From Anaerolineae bacterium (GTDB lineage: Bacteria; Chloroflexota; Anaerolineae; Aggregatilineales; J027), in NCBI GenBank assembly GCA_008933735.1, contig WBUL01000003.1:235019-299018 (forward strand): a DNA stretch of 64,000 nt, given 5' to 3'. Position numbers and translations under genes: made by a program. Under the pieces are notes generated by a model. That model was not told the DNA's origin. It did not search any database and saw only the letters and a list, made by a program, of their open reading frames with translations. Position 1 is the first letter of the stretch; each line of letters begins with the position of its first letter. Below, in pieces: positions 63,826 through 64,000 of this stretch.

Positions 63826-64000
63826 ACACCCTCGCTTTCATGACATCGCCGTGCATCACGTCGCCCTCTGTTAAATATACGAGTTTTGTCGGCGTAAGGG
63901 TATTGGTTAAAACTTCAGGATGGGTAGTTTCCACCCGAATATAGTTATCCGTGAATCCGGTATGCAGGAATCCCGCCTCACTAGCACCGCGCACTCCTTC
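63818..64000 (-). CDS. mtaB: C-terminal fragment of a probable tRNA methylthiotransferase MtaB (runs off the right edge)
   Basis: Manual translation ...GFLHTGFTDNYIRVET...KARVYV*. G-x-T-x-NY-x-RV tail motif and position before HIT-yqeY. Confidence 0.6.
   Translation of the reverse strand, partial: EGVRGASEAGFLHTGFTDNYIRVETTHPEVLTNTLTPTKLVYLTEGDVMHGDVMKARVYV

Overview
Gene-dense bacterial chromosomal window. The gene repertoire and signal-peptide style suggest Chloroflexota, probably Anaerolineae-like (inference, not verified). Contents in order: (1) 0.4-9.8 kb, a cell-envelope glycan locus: G5/beta-propeller lipoprotein, glycoside-hydrolase-like + O-antigen-ligase fusion, degenerate macrodomain, UDP-glucuronate decarboxylase, second ligase, GtrA, GT4. 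(2) Thioesterase, ChlI-like AAA+ ATPase, acpP, fni. (3) A LacI-controlled xylo-oligosaccharide locus (ABC, GH3, GH8) converging on a SorC-controlled, probably D-apiose, catabolic operon whose binding protein is a near-perfect internal tandem duplication. (4) hemW, then a tightly packed 7-gene signalling operon (Ser/Thr kinase-PQQ propeller, PP2C, DnaJ-vWA, Zn-ribbon-FHA, small protein, orphan OmpR regulator, MglA-like GTPase), then Hsp20. (5) A roughly 15 kb catabolic island: a FadR regulator bracketed by two inverted SDR paralogs with identical DNA blocks, sugar ABC, more SDRs, lactonase, VOC, EamA, Opp/Dpp ABC. (6) add, pyrG, roadblock/MglB and the mtaB-HIT-yqeY-HDIG-ybeY-dgkA cluster ending in an apparently catalytically dead GH18-like protein. 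No rRNA, tRNA, CRISPR, transposase or phage genes were recognised. Best candidates for an undescribed system are the kinase/PP2C/J-vWA/FHA/RR/GTPase operon and the pseudo-hydrolase-ligase envelope locus. All calls come from motif reading by eye, with no database searches.
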